DNA from: Vicugna vicugna
Taxonomy: Eukaryota
Assembly (NCBI GenBank): GCA_013265495.1
Contig: MU058844.1
Coordinates: forward strand, 564,941 to 628,940
DNA length: 64,000 nt
Reading direction: 5' to 3'
Below, piece after piece: positions 62,590-64,000 of the stretch. The notes under the pieces are model-generated. The model made no database searches and was not told the origin of the DNA. It worked only from the letters and a program-made list of their open reading frames with translations. Position 1 is the first letter of the stretch; every line of letters starts with the position of its first letter. A program made the position numbers and the translations under genes.

Positions 62590-64000
62590 ATGGCCTGTGG
62601 CCACTACCGGCTCCCCTCCTACTTCTGTGACTGTTTTTCTCTGCTTTCTTCCTAGGCCTCTCCTCCTGAAATTGCCGACTTAAATGTTGACACCCGCCCA
62701 GGCTTTCCCAATGACTCTTATCTTTTCTAACTTTACCTGTACACTCTGGACAACTTCATCCATCCCCATAGCTCCACTTGGCATCTCTGTTCATGATGGC
62801 TCTAAAATGAAGCCCACATCTCTAGCCCAGACCTCTTTCTCTGGTTCCATATATGTCTCAGACTCCACATATTTGATCTGAATTCATGCTGCTCCCAGAG
62901 GCTGCGCCTTCTCCAGAGATCCTTGTCTCTGGAATATTGACCAAGATTTGACTGTGCTCATGATATTCCAAGCTCAATTCCAAGCATTTAACATGCTTTA
63001 TCTCATTTTACCTTTTCAAGAGTCCTATACAGAAGATATAGTTATGGTCGCCATTTCACACATCTGCCCCAGGTTCAACAGCATGTCTTAGGTAGAGCTG
63101 AGGTTCAAATGTAGGCTGTGTAGACCAGAGCCCACAATCTAACAGCTCTGCTGTGCTGCTTGCTGTTGTACATGTATCCAAGTCAGAAGCCAGGGCATCA
63201 TTTTTGATGCCTCTTTCTCACTTGCCTCCCATATCCAATCCAATGCCAATCCCATCACTTTTACCTCCTGAATAAATTTCTATCTCTTCCTGTTTCTTCA
63301 CTGTTACCACCCAAGTCCAAGCTATTGCCTCTTTCCTGGACACATGCAATGGCCTCCTAACAGCTCATCCTCCTTCCCACCCTATATACTTCCCATATTA
63401 CAACCAAAGAGATCTCTAAGACATAAATTCAGTTGAGTCACTCTGCTAATTAAAATGCTCCAATGGTTTCCTGTTACCCTCAGGTCAAAGTCTGAACTCC
63501 TGTTAAAGGATAAACTGAGGCGCATTAAACATAAACATTTTTAGAGTTTATCTGAGAAAAAATTCAATTTGAATTGATATCCACTAACCGGAAGTGGTTA
63601 GGAGTGCTCAACCAACAGGAGCCAGAGGCGAGACCAACAGAGAAGGTGTGGAAGCAAAGAAAGGAAAATATCTGATGGGCTACAGCTTAAAGCTAGTTGG
63701 CTGTTTGTGATTGATTATCCCTAGGTTTTGATTTCTTAACCTTGAAGCTTTTGCAGCCTTCAGTTTTGGTTTGTCTGTGTAGACCAACTAACATTAGAGC
63801 CGCCTCAGTCTAATGGGCTCCTGGTTTAATTAATTCAACACCCCTTAACATGCCTTAAAAAGCCTGCTCTGGGCTCTGTTTTCCTCTCCACCTCATCCGT
63901 CTCCCCACACTCCTTCCCCTCACCTTATATTGTCCACGTGTTCCATTCTTTCTGAACCTGTTCCCTTTTCTGACTGTTGGAAGGGTATCTGCTCTCTCTC
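62590..64000 (+). mobile_element. L2 LINE fragments with nested MIR (~62960-63160) and an LTR
   Basis: atctctagcccagacctctttc, ccatatccaatcc, caccacccaagtccaagcta-like and ctccaatggtttcc L2 motifs. Confidence 0.75.
63501..63840 (-). mobile_element. Probable ERV1 solo LTR inside L2
   Basis: Bounded by tgttaa...ttcaaca (TG..CA inverted ends); the L2 phrase aaagtctgaactcc|ccccttaacatg resumes across it. Confidence 0.65.

Noticed and set aside
1..64000. CRISPR arrays, operons or other prokaryote-type systems
   Set aside because: The sequence is CpG-depleted mammalian DNA full of eutherian repeats, with no repeat-spacer array, long ORF or foreign-composition segment.

Overview
This is mammalian (eutherian) genomic DNA, most likely camelid (alpaca, llama or camel). 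The assignment rests on two tRNA-derived SINEs that resemble the camelid Vic-1 family and on young camelid-type L1 3' ends. I can identify no protein-coding exon, RNA gene or CpG island. The ORF track is noise except for broken L1 ORF2 pieces. The window reads as deep intronic or intergenic sequence dense in old and young transposons: MIR, L2, L3/CR1, L1M, young L1, MaLR/MLT, ERV1 and ERVL LTRs and hAT MITEs, plus one 216-nt N gap. The strongest second-look items are: (1) a 9-nt microexon or recursive-splice-like signal at 58108-58116; (2) a near-perfect 288/289-bp tandem duplication at 61849-62425, either real CNV or assembly artefact; (3) a twin-primed, 5'-inverted L1 with a ~400-nt deletion at 44028-44397; (4) a MER31-like proviral 5' half with a readable tRNA-His PBS; (5) several motif-clustered, CpG-retaining unique segments that look like enhancers. 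Repeat family names come from memory of consensus sequences, not from a database search, and boundaries of old repeats are approximate. I found nothing I can defend as a new biological system.
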